From assembly GCA_963716175.1 (NCBI GenBank), contig OY970296.1:96001-160000 (forward strand): a stretch of DNA of 64,000 nucleotides, given 5' to 3'. Source of the stretch: an uncultured Armatimonadetes bacterium. Lineage in GTDB: Bacteria > Armatimonadota > Hebobacteria > Hebobacterales > Hebobacteraceae. The notes under the pieces are model-generated. The model saw only the letters and a program-made list of their open reading frames with translations, was not told the DNA's origin and made no database searches. This document shows positions 1 through 10,548 of the stretch, in pieces; the stretch's first letter is position 1, and each line of letters starts with the position of its first letter. A program made the position numbers and the translations under genes.

Positions 1-1
1 C

Positions 2-544
2 GTGAGTCGGATCGGTGGCGGTTATCACGGGAAGCTGATCGCTGAGTCACTCCTACCTGCCAATGCCTCCATTGACACAGTCGGCGGCCCAGGCAAGGAG
101 TTCTGGGTAGAGAGCGTCCAGAAGAACTACCCCACCATCAAGAAGCCTCCCGCCGAGCCCGGCGCCTGGCGGGTCGAGGTCTCGCCAGCCTCCCGCGCGG
201 CCGCCGATCAGTTCCTGCACGTCATAACGGTGATGGACGCAGAAACACCAAAGGGCCCGGCCGTAAGCCTGCTGCAGGGAGATGGTGTGGTCGGCACGAG
301 TCTGCTCGACCGCGCGGTGCTCTTCTCGAAGAGCGGTGAGCTGCTCGCGCAGGCGGACTTCGAGATCAAGGGCGGACCGCCTGCCAAGGTCTTGATCTGC
401 GATCTGGAGCCTGGCCTCTGGTCGGTGCGGAGAGATGGCGCGCCGTACGCGAAGGACCTTCGCGTAACTCCCGATGGCCGTTGCCTTTACTTCGAAGCGG
501 AGCCAGGGCGATACGTCTTGGCACGACGGGCCGACTTGACGTAG
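2..544 (+). CDS. C-terminal part of a heparinase II/III-like polysaccharide lyase (starts before the window)
   Basis: ORF open from the window edge; VGGPGKEFWV...NYP...EPGAWRVEVSP...FLHVITV resembles the heparinase II C-terminal region. Confidence 0.6.
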   Translation: MSRIGGGYHGKLIAESLLPANASIDTVGGPGKEFWVESVQKNYPTIKKPPAEPGAWRVEVSPASRAAADQFLHVITVMDAETPKGPAVSLLQGDGVVGTSLLDRAVLFSKSGELLAQADFEIKGGPPAKVLICDLEPGLWSVRRDGAPYAKDLRVTPDGRCLYFEAEPGRYVLARRADLT

Positions 545-593
545 GCGGGTCAACAGACCGGCATGAGTCGTGAACCTAACGGAGGATATGCAG

Positions 594-1592
594 ATGGCAC
601 TTGAGTTCGCATCAGATCGCTACGATCGCATGCAGTACCGGCGCTGTGGGCGAAGCGGCCTGCTGCTTCCGGCGATCTCGCTGGGAGCCTGGGAGACCTT
701 TGGAGGCTATCGCGGCGAGGACGTCTCCCGTGATTGCCTGTTTCGCGCCTTCGACCTGGGGGTCACCCACTTCGACCTGGCCAACAACTACGGCGCGCCA
801 CCCGGAAACGCGGAGATCGTGGTAGGCAAGATCATCAAGGAGATGCCCCGCGACGAGCTGATCATTTCCAGCAAGGCCGGCTGGTATATGTGGCCCGGCC
901 CGTACGGTGACTGGGGCTCGCGCAAGTACCTGATCGCGAGCTGCGATCAGTCGTTGCAGCGGATGGGCCTGGAGTACTTCGACATCTTCTACCACCATCG
1001 GCCCGACCCGGAGACACCGCTGGAGGAGACCCTGGGCGCGCTCGACCACCTCGTGCAGCAGGGTAAGGCCCTCTACGCCGGGGTCAGCGCCTACAGCGGG
1101 GTGCAGTTCGCGGAAGCCGTGCGCGTCTGCGAGCGCATGGGTCTGGCGCGCGTCACCATCCATCAGCCCCGCTACAACCTGCTGGGCCGCACCATCGAAT
1201 GGGACCTGCTTCCCCAGACTCAGCAGGCCGGCTCCGGCGTGATCGTGTACTGCCCCCTCGCCTCGGGCCTGCTGACGGACAAGTACCTGGGCGGCGACAT
1301 CCCCGCCGAAAGCCGGGCCGCGCAGAAGTGGGGCAAGGAGTGGGTCGAGAAGAATCTGAGTCTCGAGCGCCGGGCCACACTCACGCGACTGAACGAGATG
1401 GCGAAGCAGCGGGGTCAGACCCTGGCTCAGATGGCGCTTGCCTGGATCCTGCGACTCCCTGCCATCACTAGCGCGCTCACCGGCGCCTCCAGCGTGAAGC
1501 AGATTGAGGAGAATGTCGCTGCGCTTGAGAATCTGGAGTTCACGAAAGACGAACTCGACGGGATCGACAAGCTGACCAAACGCGCTCCCTAG
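594..1592 (+). CDS. Aldo/keto reductase, YghZ/Gpr-like (L-glyceraldehyde 3-phosphate reductase family)
   Basis: RYDRMQYRRCGRSGLLLPAISLG, FDLANNYG, SKAG..MWPGPYGDWGSRKYLIASCDQSL, IHQPRYNLL; GGAGG at 581-585 favours ATG 594. Confidence 0.9.
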   Translation: MALEFASDRYDRMQYRRCGRSGLLLPAISLGAWETFGGYRGEDVSRDCLFRAFDLGVTHFDLANNYGAPPGNAEIVVGKIIKEMPRDELIISSKAGWYMWPGPYGDWGSRKYLIASCDQSLQRMGLEYFDIFYHHRPDPETPLEETLGALDHLVQQGKALYAGVSAYSGVQFAEAVRVCERMGLARVTIHQPRYNLLGRTIEWDLLPQTQQAGSGVIVYCPLASGLLTDKYLGGDIPAESRAAQKWGKEWVEKNLSLERRATLTRLNEMAKQRGQTLAQMALAWILRLPAITSALTGASSVKQIEENVAALENLEFTKDELDGIDKLTKRAP

Positions 1593-1822
1593 CCGGTTCT
1601 CTTGTTTCGGCCGGACCGTGCTATCCAGTAACCCATCGGCGCGATCCAGACGAACCGGACGGCTGTGCGGCGATGGGAGCTTAGGACATGATGGCGGCCG
1701 CGAGCCAGGCTGGGGATGAAGGTTGCAGTCGTGATCCACCGCTTCTGGCCGTGCCACGAGCACGGGGCCGTGCCAATGCTGTCTGCTCGGCCCTTGATCG
1801 AACATTGCTGTCTCCGCGCCAG

Positions 1823-2450
1823 TCACGCGGCTTCGCGGTGGTAGGAGTTCAGCAGCCCGCCCAGGAACTGCTCGCACTCGACCCGGAGCCCCTGGTCAGG
1901 GATTCCGCCGGTCGGATCCAGCGGCGCCAGCAGGCTCCCTCGGCGGTCTGGGATCTGATTGGCGATGGGGGCAGTCCGTTGCGCCGCAGAATGCCCGCGA
2001 TGCAGCCCTTCGAGCGCGTGACGCCCAGCTTGAGCAGTTCCCCTCGGATGCGCTGGTAGCCCCAGGTGTCCTCCCGCGCCAGGCGGCAGACCAGGTTTCG
2101 ATGTCGTCCGAGGTCCGAGGGCGGCCCGGGGCGCGTCGGGCGCTGCAATCCCACTTCCGCCGCTCCGATCGCCGCTGCCAGGCCAGGATCGTCTCCGGCT
2201 TGACGATACTCACCACTTTCTTCATCAGCGGCCGACCCATGGCCAGCGCGGCCTCGACCAGCGACCGGCGTTCCTCATCTGTGAAGCGGAGCCGCCCTGG
2301 CATCTTCTCTTTGAGAAGTCTATTCTCCAGGCCCAGGTATTCATTCTGCAGCGTCAGCTCCCGGCACAATAGGCGCGCTACCGTGGCCATGACTGGCAGC
2401 CCCACCCAGTCCAATCTCAACTCGGCATCCTTCTCCATCCTCAGCCTCAC
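1823..2450 (-). pseudogene. Internally deleted, frameshifted integrase-core (rve-type) transposase remnant
   Basis: N-terminal [31 protein letters not shown], then WGYQRIRGELLKLG in another frame, then C-terminal FLGGLLNSYHREAA* ending at 1823; the catalytic core is missing. Confidence 0.75.
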
Positions 2451-2727
2451 AGCGCAGGGATATGCACGGGAGCCGAGAATACTACGCCATGGGCTATATA
2501 GGGGCTCTCGAAGCCAGATGGGTCTTCGGACAGGACAGGGTTCATGCCAGTGGGGTGTGGGGCCGGCCGGTGGAGCTGCCCTTCGATCCTCCGGATGATC
2601 TTTCCCAGCAAGTGACTGCGTCTCTCAGACGCAATCCCTGAGTACCCCCCTGCCAGGGACTGCTAAGCGACCTCCCGGTGTCTGATTAATGCGGCACTGC
2701 AAATTGAAGTTGGAAGCGCGGGCTTGA

Positions 2728-3927
2728 ATGCAAACTATTGGATCTTATCTGATCAACGACCCTGACACTCCCCTGCGATTTGGCGAAGTCAATCTCATCA
2801 ACCCCTCTCGCCGCGAGCGAAGAGGCCTGCCCGATCGGGAGGGCATTCTCTGTCAGTCAATCATCACGGGCTTCTGCGGCACTGACTGGGAGCTGATGCA
2901 GATGGGAGCGCGTGGCGAACTCGGCCCCAAGTTCCCGACCGGTCAGACGCGTTTAATTAACGGGCACGAGGGCGTCGTCTGGGTGCCGGATCAGAAGCGC
3001 TATGCCGTGGTGCTGATCCGCGGCGGCGACTCCTATGATCCGAGTCGCTTCGAGTCCGATGAAACCTACTTCGAATATGGCTGCGATCAAGCTGACGGTT
3101 TGATGGCCTACCAAGGCTACTATCACCCGGACATGCTGCTGGAGATTCCGGCTGACGCCCTGCCCAAAGGCACAATCCTGACGAAGACCTTGGGAAAGCG
3201 ACTGTCGTTCGCGGATCCGATGGCCTGCATGATCTTCCAGCGCGAACGGATCGAAGACTTGTTGGGCGCCCACAACTGGCGTTTATTTGCCGCCCGGGGC
3301 ATGGACCGGTCGGCGGCCTTGGAGGAAGCTGTTCGCGATGGCTTTTCCCATGTGGTCATTTATGGATTGGGAAGCACCGGGCTCTTGGGGGCGATAGCCA
3401 TTAAGGAAAAGTATCCCGATGCGCGCATCGTCGCAGTCGCGCGATCTGTGCCGGGCAACGAGAAGCATGCCTTCCTCGCAAGGCTTTACCCGGACCTCGT
3501 ATATGTGCAAGCGAGCACTGATCTTGCTGACACCTCGCGCCGTATTTGCGAAGCGCTGGGAGGAAGGAAGCCCCGCATCTTCCTTGGTGCTTCCGCAAGC
3601 CCAGGGGAGGCGGAGGCGGCCTTCGGCCACGGCGTGCTAGACAATAACGGTATTTATGCGAGCTTCAGCCTGGGGCCGATTGTGAGCTATGACACGATGC
3701 CCTTCGGCTTCAGGAATCACCTTATCTTCGGCGCCATCAACTTCCGCCGGGATCATATGGAAGACGCGATTCGTCTGCTGTGCCGGTTTCCGCTCGACGA
3801 ATTGGTGCGAGAGTATCCGCTCACCGACCTTGCCGCCGGCCCCATCGCGTTCTATCAGGCAATCTACCGGGGGGAGCAAAGGGCCTTCAAGTCTGCCTGC
3901 GTGTGGGATCCAGAGAGGATCGCGTGA
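2728..3927 (+). CDS. Zinc-dependent medium-chain dehydrogenase (divergent sugar dehydrogenase-like)
   Basis: GFCGTD and GHEG catalytic-Zn motifs; Rossmann VVIYGLGSTG; stop overlaps the next start (GTGA). Confidence 0.65.
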   Translation: MQTIGSYLINDPDTPLRFGEVNLINPSRRERRGLPDREGILCQSIITGFCGTDWELMQMGARGELGPKFPTGQTRLINGHEGVVWVPDQKRYAVVLIRGGDSYDPSRFESDETYFEYGCDQADGLMAYQGYYHPDMLLEIPADALPKGTILTKTLGKRLSFADPMACMIFQRERIEDLLGAHNWRLFAARGMDRSAALEEAVRDGFSHVVIYGLGSTGLLGAIAIKEKYPDARIVAVARSVPGNEKHAFLARLYPDLVYVQASTDLADTSRRICEALGGRKPRIFLGASASPGEAEAAFGHGVLDNNGIYASFSLGPIVSYDTMPFGFRNHLIFGAINFRRDHMEDAIRLLCRFPLDELVREYPLTDLAAGPIAFYQAIYRGEQRAFKSACVWDPERIA

Positions 3928-4757
3928 AACTGGACGCCCACCAGCATTTCTGGCGTTACAACCAGCGCGACTACGGCTGGATCGGAGACGCGATGGCCGC
4001 GCTCAGACGCGATTTCCTTCCCGAAGAACTGGCGCGCGAACAGACTTCGCTCGGTTTCGATGGGTCCATCGCGGTGCAGGCGCGCCAGTCGCTCGCCGAG
4101 ACTAAATGGCTGCTCCAGCTCGCCGATGCGAACCCGTTCATAAAGGGGGTCGTCGGCTGGGTGGATTTATGCTCCCCCGAGTTGTCTGCACAGCTCGAGC
4201 GCTTTGCCCACCACCCGAAGCTGTGCGGTGTCAGGCATGTCGTGCAAGATGAACCAGACGACCGATTCATGCTGCGAGAGGACTTTCTGCGCGGGATCGC
4301 GGATCTGAAGCAGTGGAAGCTGGCCTATGACATTCTCGTTTTCCCGCGCCATCTGCCCATCGCGGGCGAACTAGTAAAGCGATTCCCTGAGCAGACATTC
4401 GTCCTCGATCACCTCGCAAAGCCACCGATTGGGGCAGGATCGCTTGAACCTTGGGCGACGGATATGCGTGCGCTCGCGGCGTTCCCTAATGTTGTGTGCA
4501 AGGCCTCCGGGATGGTAACAGAAGCTGACTGGGACAACTGGCGCGTGGCCGATTTTCGCCCCCATCTCGACATCGCCTTCGAGGCCTTCGGGATAGAACG
4601 CATCATGATTGGCTCTGATTGGCCTGTATGCACGCTTGCCGCCTCTTATGCGGAGACAGTGGACATCGTCATTGAATACCTGCGCGGCCTATCCCTTCCG
4701 GAACAGGATCTGATCCTGGGAAAGAACGCTCAGACTTGGTACGGGGTGAGAGCATGA
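3924..4757 (+). CDS. Amidohydrolase_2 family sugar lactonase (L-fuconolactonase-like)
   Basis: LDAHQHFW, GVRHVVQDE, FVLDHLAKP, CKASGMVTEA, GSDWPVC. Confidence 0.85.
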   Translation: MKLDAHQHFWRYNQRDYGWIGDAMAALRRDFLPEELAREQTSLGFDGSIAVQARQSLAETKWLLQLADANPFIKGVVGWVDLCSPELSAQLERFAHHPKLCGVRHVVQDEPDDRFMLREDFLRGIADLKQWKLAYDILVFPRHLPIAGELVKRFPEQTFVLDHLAKPPIGAGSLEPWATDMRALAAFPNVVCKASGMVTEADWDNWRVADFRPHLDIAFEAFGIERIMIGSDWPVCTLAASYAETVDIVIEYLRGLSLPEQDLILGKNAQTWYGVRA

Positions 4758-5770
4758 GAGCCATATCTCTTAGCCGGCCCGAGCAGATACAGATCGTTGA
4801 CATCCCAGAACCCGAGCTTGGGCCAGATGAAGTGCTGGTGGAAATCCACTACGTCGGTCTCTGCGGCAGCGACCTGAACGCCTATCGCGGCCTTTCGCCG
4901 ATGGTCACATACCCGCGCATCCCCGGCCACGAGGTCAGCGGAGTGGTGGCAGGCAAAGGAACACAAGTGCCCGCGGCCATCCAGCTCGGCGCACGCGTGA
5001 CGATCTCACCGTATACGGAGTGTGGAACCTGCCCCGCCTGCCGGATCGGGCGCACCAATTGTTGTCAGTTCAACGAAACCCTGGGTGTGCAGCGAGACGG
5101 GGCGCTGACCGAACGTATCGCTATCCATCACAGCAAGGTGTTCGCCAGTGCCGAACTCTCGGCCGAGGAGATAGCACTGGTCGAGCCGATCAGCGTCGGC
5201 TACCATGCCTCAAACCGAGGCCGCATCGGCGAGACGGACTGTGTGCTCGTGCTCGGCTGCGGGACCATCGGCCTGGGGGCGGTGGCAGCGGCGGCGCGTA
5301 AAGGTGCGACCGTAATTGGTTTGGATGTGGACGACGCAAAACTGGAGCTTGCCTGCAAGTTAGGGGCGCGACACACGATCAACTCCACGCGGGAAGAGGC
5401 GGAAGCGCGCATAGCTTCCCTCACTAACAGAGAGGGGGTGAATGTTGCGATCGAGGCGGTGGGTCTACCGGCCACTTACCGGATGGCGGTGGAGTCGGTG
5501 GCCTATGCCGGACGGGTAGTATGCGTGGGATATGCGAAAGAGGAAGTGTCTTTCCCAACGCGTTTGTTCGTGAGCAAGGAACTGGATATTTCGGGCGCGC
5601 GCAACGCCCTTCACGTCTTCCCCTCCGTCATCCGCATGCTAGAGGAGCGGCGGCGGCCCTTCACCGATCTCATCACGAAGGTGACGCCGTTCGCTGACAC
5701 CGCCCAGGCTTTCGAAGAATGGAACGCCGCCCCTGGCAAGTTCACGAAGATCCTGGTGCGCGTTACTTAA
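4754..5770 (+). CDS. Zinc-binding dehydrogenase (L-galactonate/threonine dehydrogenase-like)
   Basis: GLCGSD, YPRIPGHE, CGTCPACRIGRTNCC, GCGTIG; ATGA overlap with upstream gene. Confidence 0.85.
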   Translation: MRAISLSRPEQIQIVDIPEPELGPDEVLVEIHYVGLCGSDLNAYRGLSPMVTYPRIPGHEVSGVVAGKGTQVPAAIQLGARVTISPYTECGTCPACRIGRTNCCQFNETLGVQRDGALTERIAIHHSKVFASAELSAEEIALVEPISVGYHASNRGRIGETDCVLVLGCGTIGLGAVAAAARKGATVIGLDVDDAKLELACKLGARHTINSTREEAEARIASLTNREGVNVAIEAVGLPATYRMAVESVAYAGRVVCVGYAKEEVSFPTRLFVSKELDISGARNALHVFPSVIRMLEERRRPFTDLITKVTPFADTAQAFEEWNAAPGKFTKILVRVT

Positions 5771-5815
5771 CACCTCACCGGCCGTGACCTGGTGAAAACC
5801 ACAATTGGAGAATGT

Positions 5816-7603
5816 ATGGTGATAAGAGTCTGGCTTTCGTTCCTAGTCTCGTTGTTCCTAACCGGCTCTCTTGTCTTGGGGGCCTGCGGGGAGACCACCG
5901 GAGAGAGTCCGGGGCGCACCTTGCATGTATCCCAGAAGGCACTCCCCGAAATCACCGCGGAGCTCCAGTTCCGCACGATCAGTGAGGCGGCCGCGCGCGT
6001 CGCGGCTGGCGATACCGTGGTCATCCACAGCGGAACCTACCGTGAGCACGTGGTGCTGAAGGCAAGCGGCACCGCTGAGAAACCGATCCGCTTCGTGGCG
6101 GCTGCGGGCGAGCATGTGGTGGTGACCGGAGCAGACGAGATCACAGCCTGGGAGCGGGCCGATCCCGAGAGAAGTATTTGTAAGACGCCCTGGCCTCATG
6201 CCTTCATCACCTGGGACGAAAGGAACACGCATCCGGGTGATGACTACCACGTGGTGATCGGGCGAGCGGAGCAGGTGTTTGAGGACGGCTACCTGCTGCA
6301 CCAGGTGCTGAGCCGAGACGAGATGTCTCGCGGTTCCTTCTATGTTGATCTAAAGGCGAAGCTGCTTTATGTCTGGGGATACACCGACAAGACCCCGGGG
6401 GAGCGGTCACGTGTGGAAGCTTCGGTGCGCGATATCGTGTGGGATCTAAGGGGTGATTACAATCACGTTCGCGGTCTCCGGTTCCGGTACGCCGCGAATC
6501 GAGCGCAGCAGGGAGCAGCCCAGTTCCGTGGGGATAACAATGTGATCGAGGACTGCGTCTTCGAAAGGACAAACGGGTGCGGCGCCGTCTTCGGGGGGCA
6601 AAACGTCATCGTGCGCAATAGCACCTTTCAAGACAACGGCCAGATGGGCTTCGGCGCCGGCCGAGCACATAAGCTCCTAATGACCGGCTGCCTCGTCAGA
6701 CACAATAACGTAAAGGGGTTCGATCGCGGCTGGGAGGCGGGCGGCGACAAGATTGTTTTCTCCAGAGGTGTTGTGATCGAGAACAGTATGTTCATCGAAA
6801 ACCGGGGACACGGGCTCTGGTTTGATATTGGCAATGAAGATTGCGAGGTGAGGAACTGCCTGTTCGCCGATAACGAAGACTGTGGCGTTTTCTACGAGAT
6901 CTCTTACGGTTTGCACGTCCATGACAGTGTCTTCGTCGGGAACGGGTTCGCCGATTCTGACGGCGCCTGGGGCGCGTCCTGCGGCATCTCGCTCAGCAGC
7001 TCTCCCGGGTGCGTGATCGAGCGCAACCTGATCGTGGGCAACAAGGAGGGCTTCGACTTCCGCGAGCAGGGGCGCTCAACCCCTCACATAGAGGACGCCG
7101 ACAAGGACGACGAAGAGAGAAAGGACTATCCGATCTGGAACCACGACGAGATCATCCGCAGCAATGTGCTTGCCTACAATCGAGACGCGCAGTGCTGGGG
7201 ATGGTTCGATATCGGCGACCAGCGGCACTGGCCGGCGGCAATGCAGAACCCCGCGACGCTTGAGGGTCCCGAGCCCGACGACGACGAGCCTGAGAGGCAG
7301 CCGACCGGGCTGACGCTGGAGAAGCTGAAGCTGAACTTCGAGAACAACATCTACTTCGCCGCGCCGGGCCAAGGCCTTCTCAACTGGGGCGTGACGTGGG
7401 ACGAGATGCGCCGGCTATACACGAGCCTAGGGGAAGTGCGAGGCGAGCTCGCCCTCGAGCGGGAGAGCGTGGTGGCCCAACCTGGCTTCGCCGACATCAC
7501 GACCAGGGATTTCCGCGTTCCCGCGGACAGCCTGCTCTTGCGTATGGGATGTTATCCCGAGGGCGAAGTGCCCGGGGTCAAGCTCGGCATCGCTGACCGA
7601 TGA
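5816..7603 (+). CDS. Secreted right-handed parallel beta-helix protein (pectin-lyase fold), possibly a lipoprotein
   Basis: Signal peptide ending LVLGAC; FRTISEAA...GDTVVIHSGTYRE; repeated N.G.G.WFD / YEIS beta-helix coils. Confidence 0.75.
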   Translation: MVIRVWLSFLVSLFLTGSLVLGACGETTGESPGRTLHVSQKALPEITAELQFRTISEAAARVAAGDTVVIHSGTYREHVVLKASGTAEKPIRFVAAAGEHVVVTGADEITAWERADPERSICKTPWPHAFITWDERNTHPGDDYHVVIGRAEQVFEDGYLLHQVLSRDEMSRGSFYVDLKAKLLYVWGYTDKTPGERSRVEASVRDIVWDLRGDYNHVRGLRFRYAANRAQQGAAQFRGDNNVIEDCVFERTNGCGAVFGGQNVIVRNSTFQDNGQMGFGAGRAHKLLMTGCLVRHNNVKGFDRGWEAGGDKIVFSRGVVIENSMFIENRGHGLWFDIGNEDCEVRNCLFADNEDCGVFYEISYGLHVHDSVFVGNGFADSDGAWGASCGISLSSSPGCVIERNLIVGNKEGFDFREQGRSTPHIEDADKDDEERKDYPIWNHDEIIRSNVLAYNRDAQCWGWFDIGDQRHWPAAMQNPATLEGPEPDDDEPERQPTGLTLEKLKLNFENNIYFAAPGQGLLNWGVTWDEMRRLYTSLGEVRGELALERESVVAQPGFADITTRDFRVPADSLLLRMGCYPEGEVPGVKLGIADR

Positions 7604-7705
7604 TCGGAGGAGCTATGACACTGCGCACCTGCCTTCCCCCAGTCCTTGTCTGGCTGCTGGCTGCCGAACTCGGGTATGCCGCCACCTGTAGAACTGCGCG
7701 GCCAA

Positions 7706-8215
7706 TCAACTGGAGCCGGCTTCGTCTTCGGGTTCGGCTTCTGCTCCCGCGGTCAGCGTGCGCCTGGGCGGCAATGGGACGGCTGGCGTGGGAGCCGGTT
7801 CAGGACCTCCACCGCCTCCCCGGCCACGCGGAGGCCGATCGCCCGAGGGGGAGGAACCCCCTCCGCGGAGCATTGAGGGCAGCAGGATGGCTACCGCCAG
7901 CAGGGCTGCCGCAATCGGCCAGGCGAGCACATCCCTCGCCGACACAGTGCCAAGAAGCCCCTGTGTAAGAAGCCAGCTGCCCTCGAACAGCGCGGCAGCA
8001 AGAAAAGCCCATCTCATTGCCTGTGCTGACAACCATGCGCCGACCACCAGCGCGGCAGCCATTGCTGCCGACTCGATCCAGGTCCCCCGGTACCATCCGG
8101 CCACCGCTATCAACAGGCATGCTCCGGCGGCGATCAGCAGCCGGCGACCACGTCCGAAGCTGCCGGACTCGCCGTGCTTCCAGTATCTCGCTCGACCGTC
8201 TGCCGCACGTCTCAC
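7706..8215 (-). CDS. Small multi-pass membrane protein of unknown function
   Basis: About four hydrophobic segments and a Gly/Pro-rich tail; co-oriented downstream of pilT. Confidence 0.5.
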   Translation of the reverse strand: MRRAADGRARYWKHGESGSFGRGRRLLIAAGACLLIAVAGWYRGTWIESAAMAAALVVGAWLSAQAMRWAFLAAALFEGSWLLTQGLLGTVSARDVLAWPIAAALLAVAILLPSMLRGGGSSPSGDRPPRGRGGGGGPEPAPTPAVPLPPRRTLTAGAEAEPEDEAGSS

Positions 8216-8302
8216 GTCAGCCCCGCTTCTGTCGCCCGAACGCTGGCACGGCTCGGCAGGGCGCCCCGTCCGCGCCAGCGACGCCCGGGCCGGTCGCAGT
8301 GG

Positions 8303-9442
8303 CTACCGACGATCCTGGTGCCGCTGCGCGCGATTGCCAGAATCCCGGAGAGGCCGGTCAGCGCCATCCGGTTCATCTGGTGTGCTGCCCGTATCTCCGA
8401 GAATGTGGTCGGGATTGCGCGCCCGGGACACGGCTTCGTCGTAGCTGATCACACCGGCCTCGTACAGATCCTTGAGCGACTGGTCCATCAGCTGCATGTG
8501 CTGCTCGCCGCTCATCTGGATGGTGTTGTAGAGCAGGTGGCTCTTCCGTTCCCGGATGATGTTACGCACCGCCATCGTCCCGACCAGCACCTCCGTAGCG
8601 AGGACGCGGCCCGCTTTGTCCAGTCGTGGGATGAGCTGCTGGGAGATAACTCCCTGAAGTGTGGCGGCCAGCTGTGTGACGATCTGGGGCTGCTGTGCGG
8701 AAGGAAAAACGTCCACGATGCGGTCGATCGTCCCGACACTGTCGGGAGTGTGAAGGGTGGCGATGACCAGATGTCCCGTCTCCGCCGCAGTGAGCGCGGT
8801 GGCAATGGTCTCCAGGTCGCGCATCTCGCCCACACCGATCACGTCCGGATCCATGCGAAGGATGTGCGTCAAGGCCTCGCCGAATGACTTGACATCGCTG
8901 CCCACCTCCTGCTGAACGACGATACTCTTGCGGTGGATGTGGCGGTATTCGATGGGGTCCTCGACAGTCACGATCTTCGCTCTCCGCTCCCGGTTGATCT
9001 GGTCGATCAGAGACGCCATACTCGTCGTTTTGCCCACCCCCGTAGGGCCCGTGATGAGCACCAGGCCGGCGCTCCTGCGAGCGAACTCGAAGGCCACCTC
9101 GGGCAGTCCCAGATCCCCGATCCCGCGGATCACCGGCGGGCAAACGCGGATGGCGCACTCCACGCAGGAGCGCGCATAGTACAGGGTGATGCGGAAGTGA
9201 CCGATATCCGGGAAGAACGATGAGACGCACAGCCGCCAGTTGTCCTCGAACGACTTGGTTTGGACCTGCGACAGCACCGGATACACCAATGCCTTCGCGC
9301 CCTCCCGCTCGACTGGCTCATGGTCGGTAGCCACGATGGACCCATCAACGCGGAGCAGAGGAGGAAGCCCGGTCACGAGGTGGATGTCCGACGCTCGCCG
9401 GTCGACCGCCTCCCTCAACAGCTCGATCAAGGCTAAGCCCAC
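8303..9442 (-). CDS. pilT: PilT/PilU family type IV pilus retraction ATPase
   Basis: ASDIHL, GLVLITGPTGVGKTTS, TVEDPIEY, LRMDPDVIGVGEMRD, AAETGHLVIATLHT, AVRNIIRE; GAGGAG before GTG 9442. Confidence 0.9.
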   Translation of the reverse strand: MGLALIELLREAVDRRASDIHLVTGLPPLLRVDGSIVATDHEPVEREGAKALVYPVLSQVQTKSFEDNWRLCVSSFFPDIGHFRITLYYARSCVECAIRVCPPVIRGIGDLGLPEVAFEFARRSAGLVLITGPTGVGKTTSMASLIDQINRERRAKIVTVEDPIEYRHIHRKSIVVQQEVGSDVKSFGEALTHILRMDPDVIGVGEMRDLETIATALTAAETGHLVIATLHTPDSVGTIDRIVDVFPSAQQPQIVTQLAATLQGVISQQLIPRLDKAGRVLATEVLVGTMAVRNIIRERKSHLLYNTIQMSGEQHMQLMDQSLKDLYEAGVISYDEAVSRARNPDHILGDTGSTPDEPDGADRPLRDSGNRAQRHQDRR

Positions 9443-9462
9443 TCTGCTCTCCTCGTCTGCAC

Positions 9463-10546
9463 TCAGCCGCCCGGCGCTGGGTCGGCATGGTTGACTATCC
9501 GTCGGTGTTGGAACGGGCAGTACACAAGCCACGCCCGGCCAAGGATCTCGCTCTTCCTGATGCTGACCGGCCCCATCCCGATCTGGCCGTGCTGAACGCC
9601 CATCTCATCTGGGTAGTGGATTCCCCACACCAGATACTCGCCCTCTCGCACGTTCCCCGTCCAGTCCGAGATGTGAACCTGGGCCCCCTGCACCTGGAAC
9701 GCTTGGGCGGGCTGAATGGGATATGCGTCCGGCTCAAGGGGACTCTCGTTCAGATACAGCCGTCCCCTCCTGGTATTTGAGAACGTCGCCAGGCACAGCG
9801 ATCACGCGGTCGACGTAGAGCATCCCTTCCCGCGAAGTCAGGATGACATCCCCCCTCATGGGGTCAGCATTTCGATAGGCTCTCCGTGAGAACAGGAGGC
9901 GGTCGCCCCGGTCGAAAACGGTAGGGTCCCTCCCCACATCGGCGCCGCTGCCGGAGGCAGCCACTCGCACGACGGGCATGGCCACGGTGACTCGCTCCCA
10001 CCCGGCCGACAGCGCCAGCGTGGCGAGGGCATAGGCGCCACCGACTAACCCCAGGCCCATGAGCGCGCAGTCGACGCGGAAGGGCCGACGCCGGCCGGTT
10101 GCGACATCGATCCTCATAGCATCGGTGGCAGAGCTAAGAAGCAATGAGACGGCGACCATCGCCATCAGGGTCGCGACCGCAGTGCCCATCAACAGCGCCC
10201 ACGCCAGAGTCGCGCCGGCGAATGCGAGCAGCATCACCCATCCGGCGCGACTCTCCCCGAGCAGCAGACGGGGAAGCCCAGGCAAGAGCGAAGCTGCCAG
10301 CAGCAACAGCCGCCGCCCAAGACGAGCCGCGGCGGCAGAACTGGGCCGCGCTCGCTCTGCAGCGACAAAGAGGCCGCCGAACTCGCGAGCGATCCAGGAC
10401 TCGGCTCTCCGGAACTGGCGCCGCGTGCGGCCCCGGGCGCGCGCTGGCTCGACGAGAGATGCTGACCCCGGCACCAGTTCGGCCGCGCATCCAGCACAGA
10501 AGGGCCTGTCGGTGTCGTTCTCACGTCCGCAGGCCGGACAGCGCAT
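9463..10546 (-). pseudogene. Zn-ribbon + membrane + signal peptidase I (S26)-like protein, split by a frameshift near 9765
   Basis: CPACG..CAGC, transmembrane helices, GDRLL...RGDVI...DRVIAVPGD; reading continues in another frame as RLYLNESPL...ILGRAWLVY after a G-rich run. Confidence 0.65.
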
Positions 10547-10548
10547 GG

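Noticed and set aside
2614-2636. Inverted repeat GACTGCGTCT-CTC-AGACGCAATC upstream of the dehydrogenase operon
   Set aside because: Single occurrence with no adjacent regulator; could be an operator but is unsupported.
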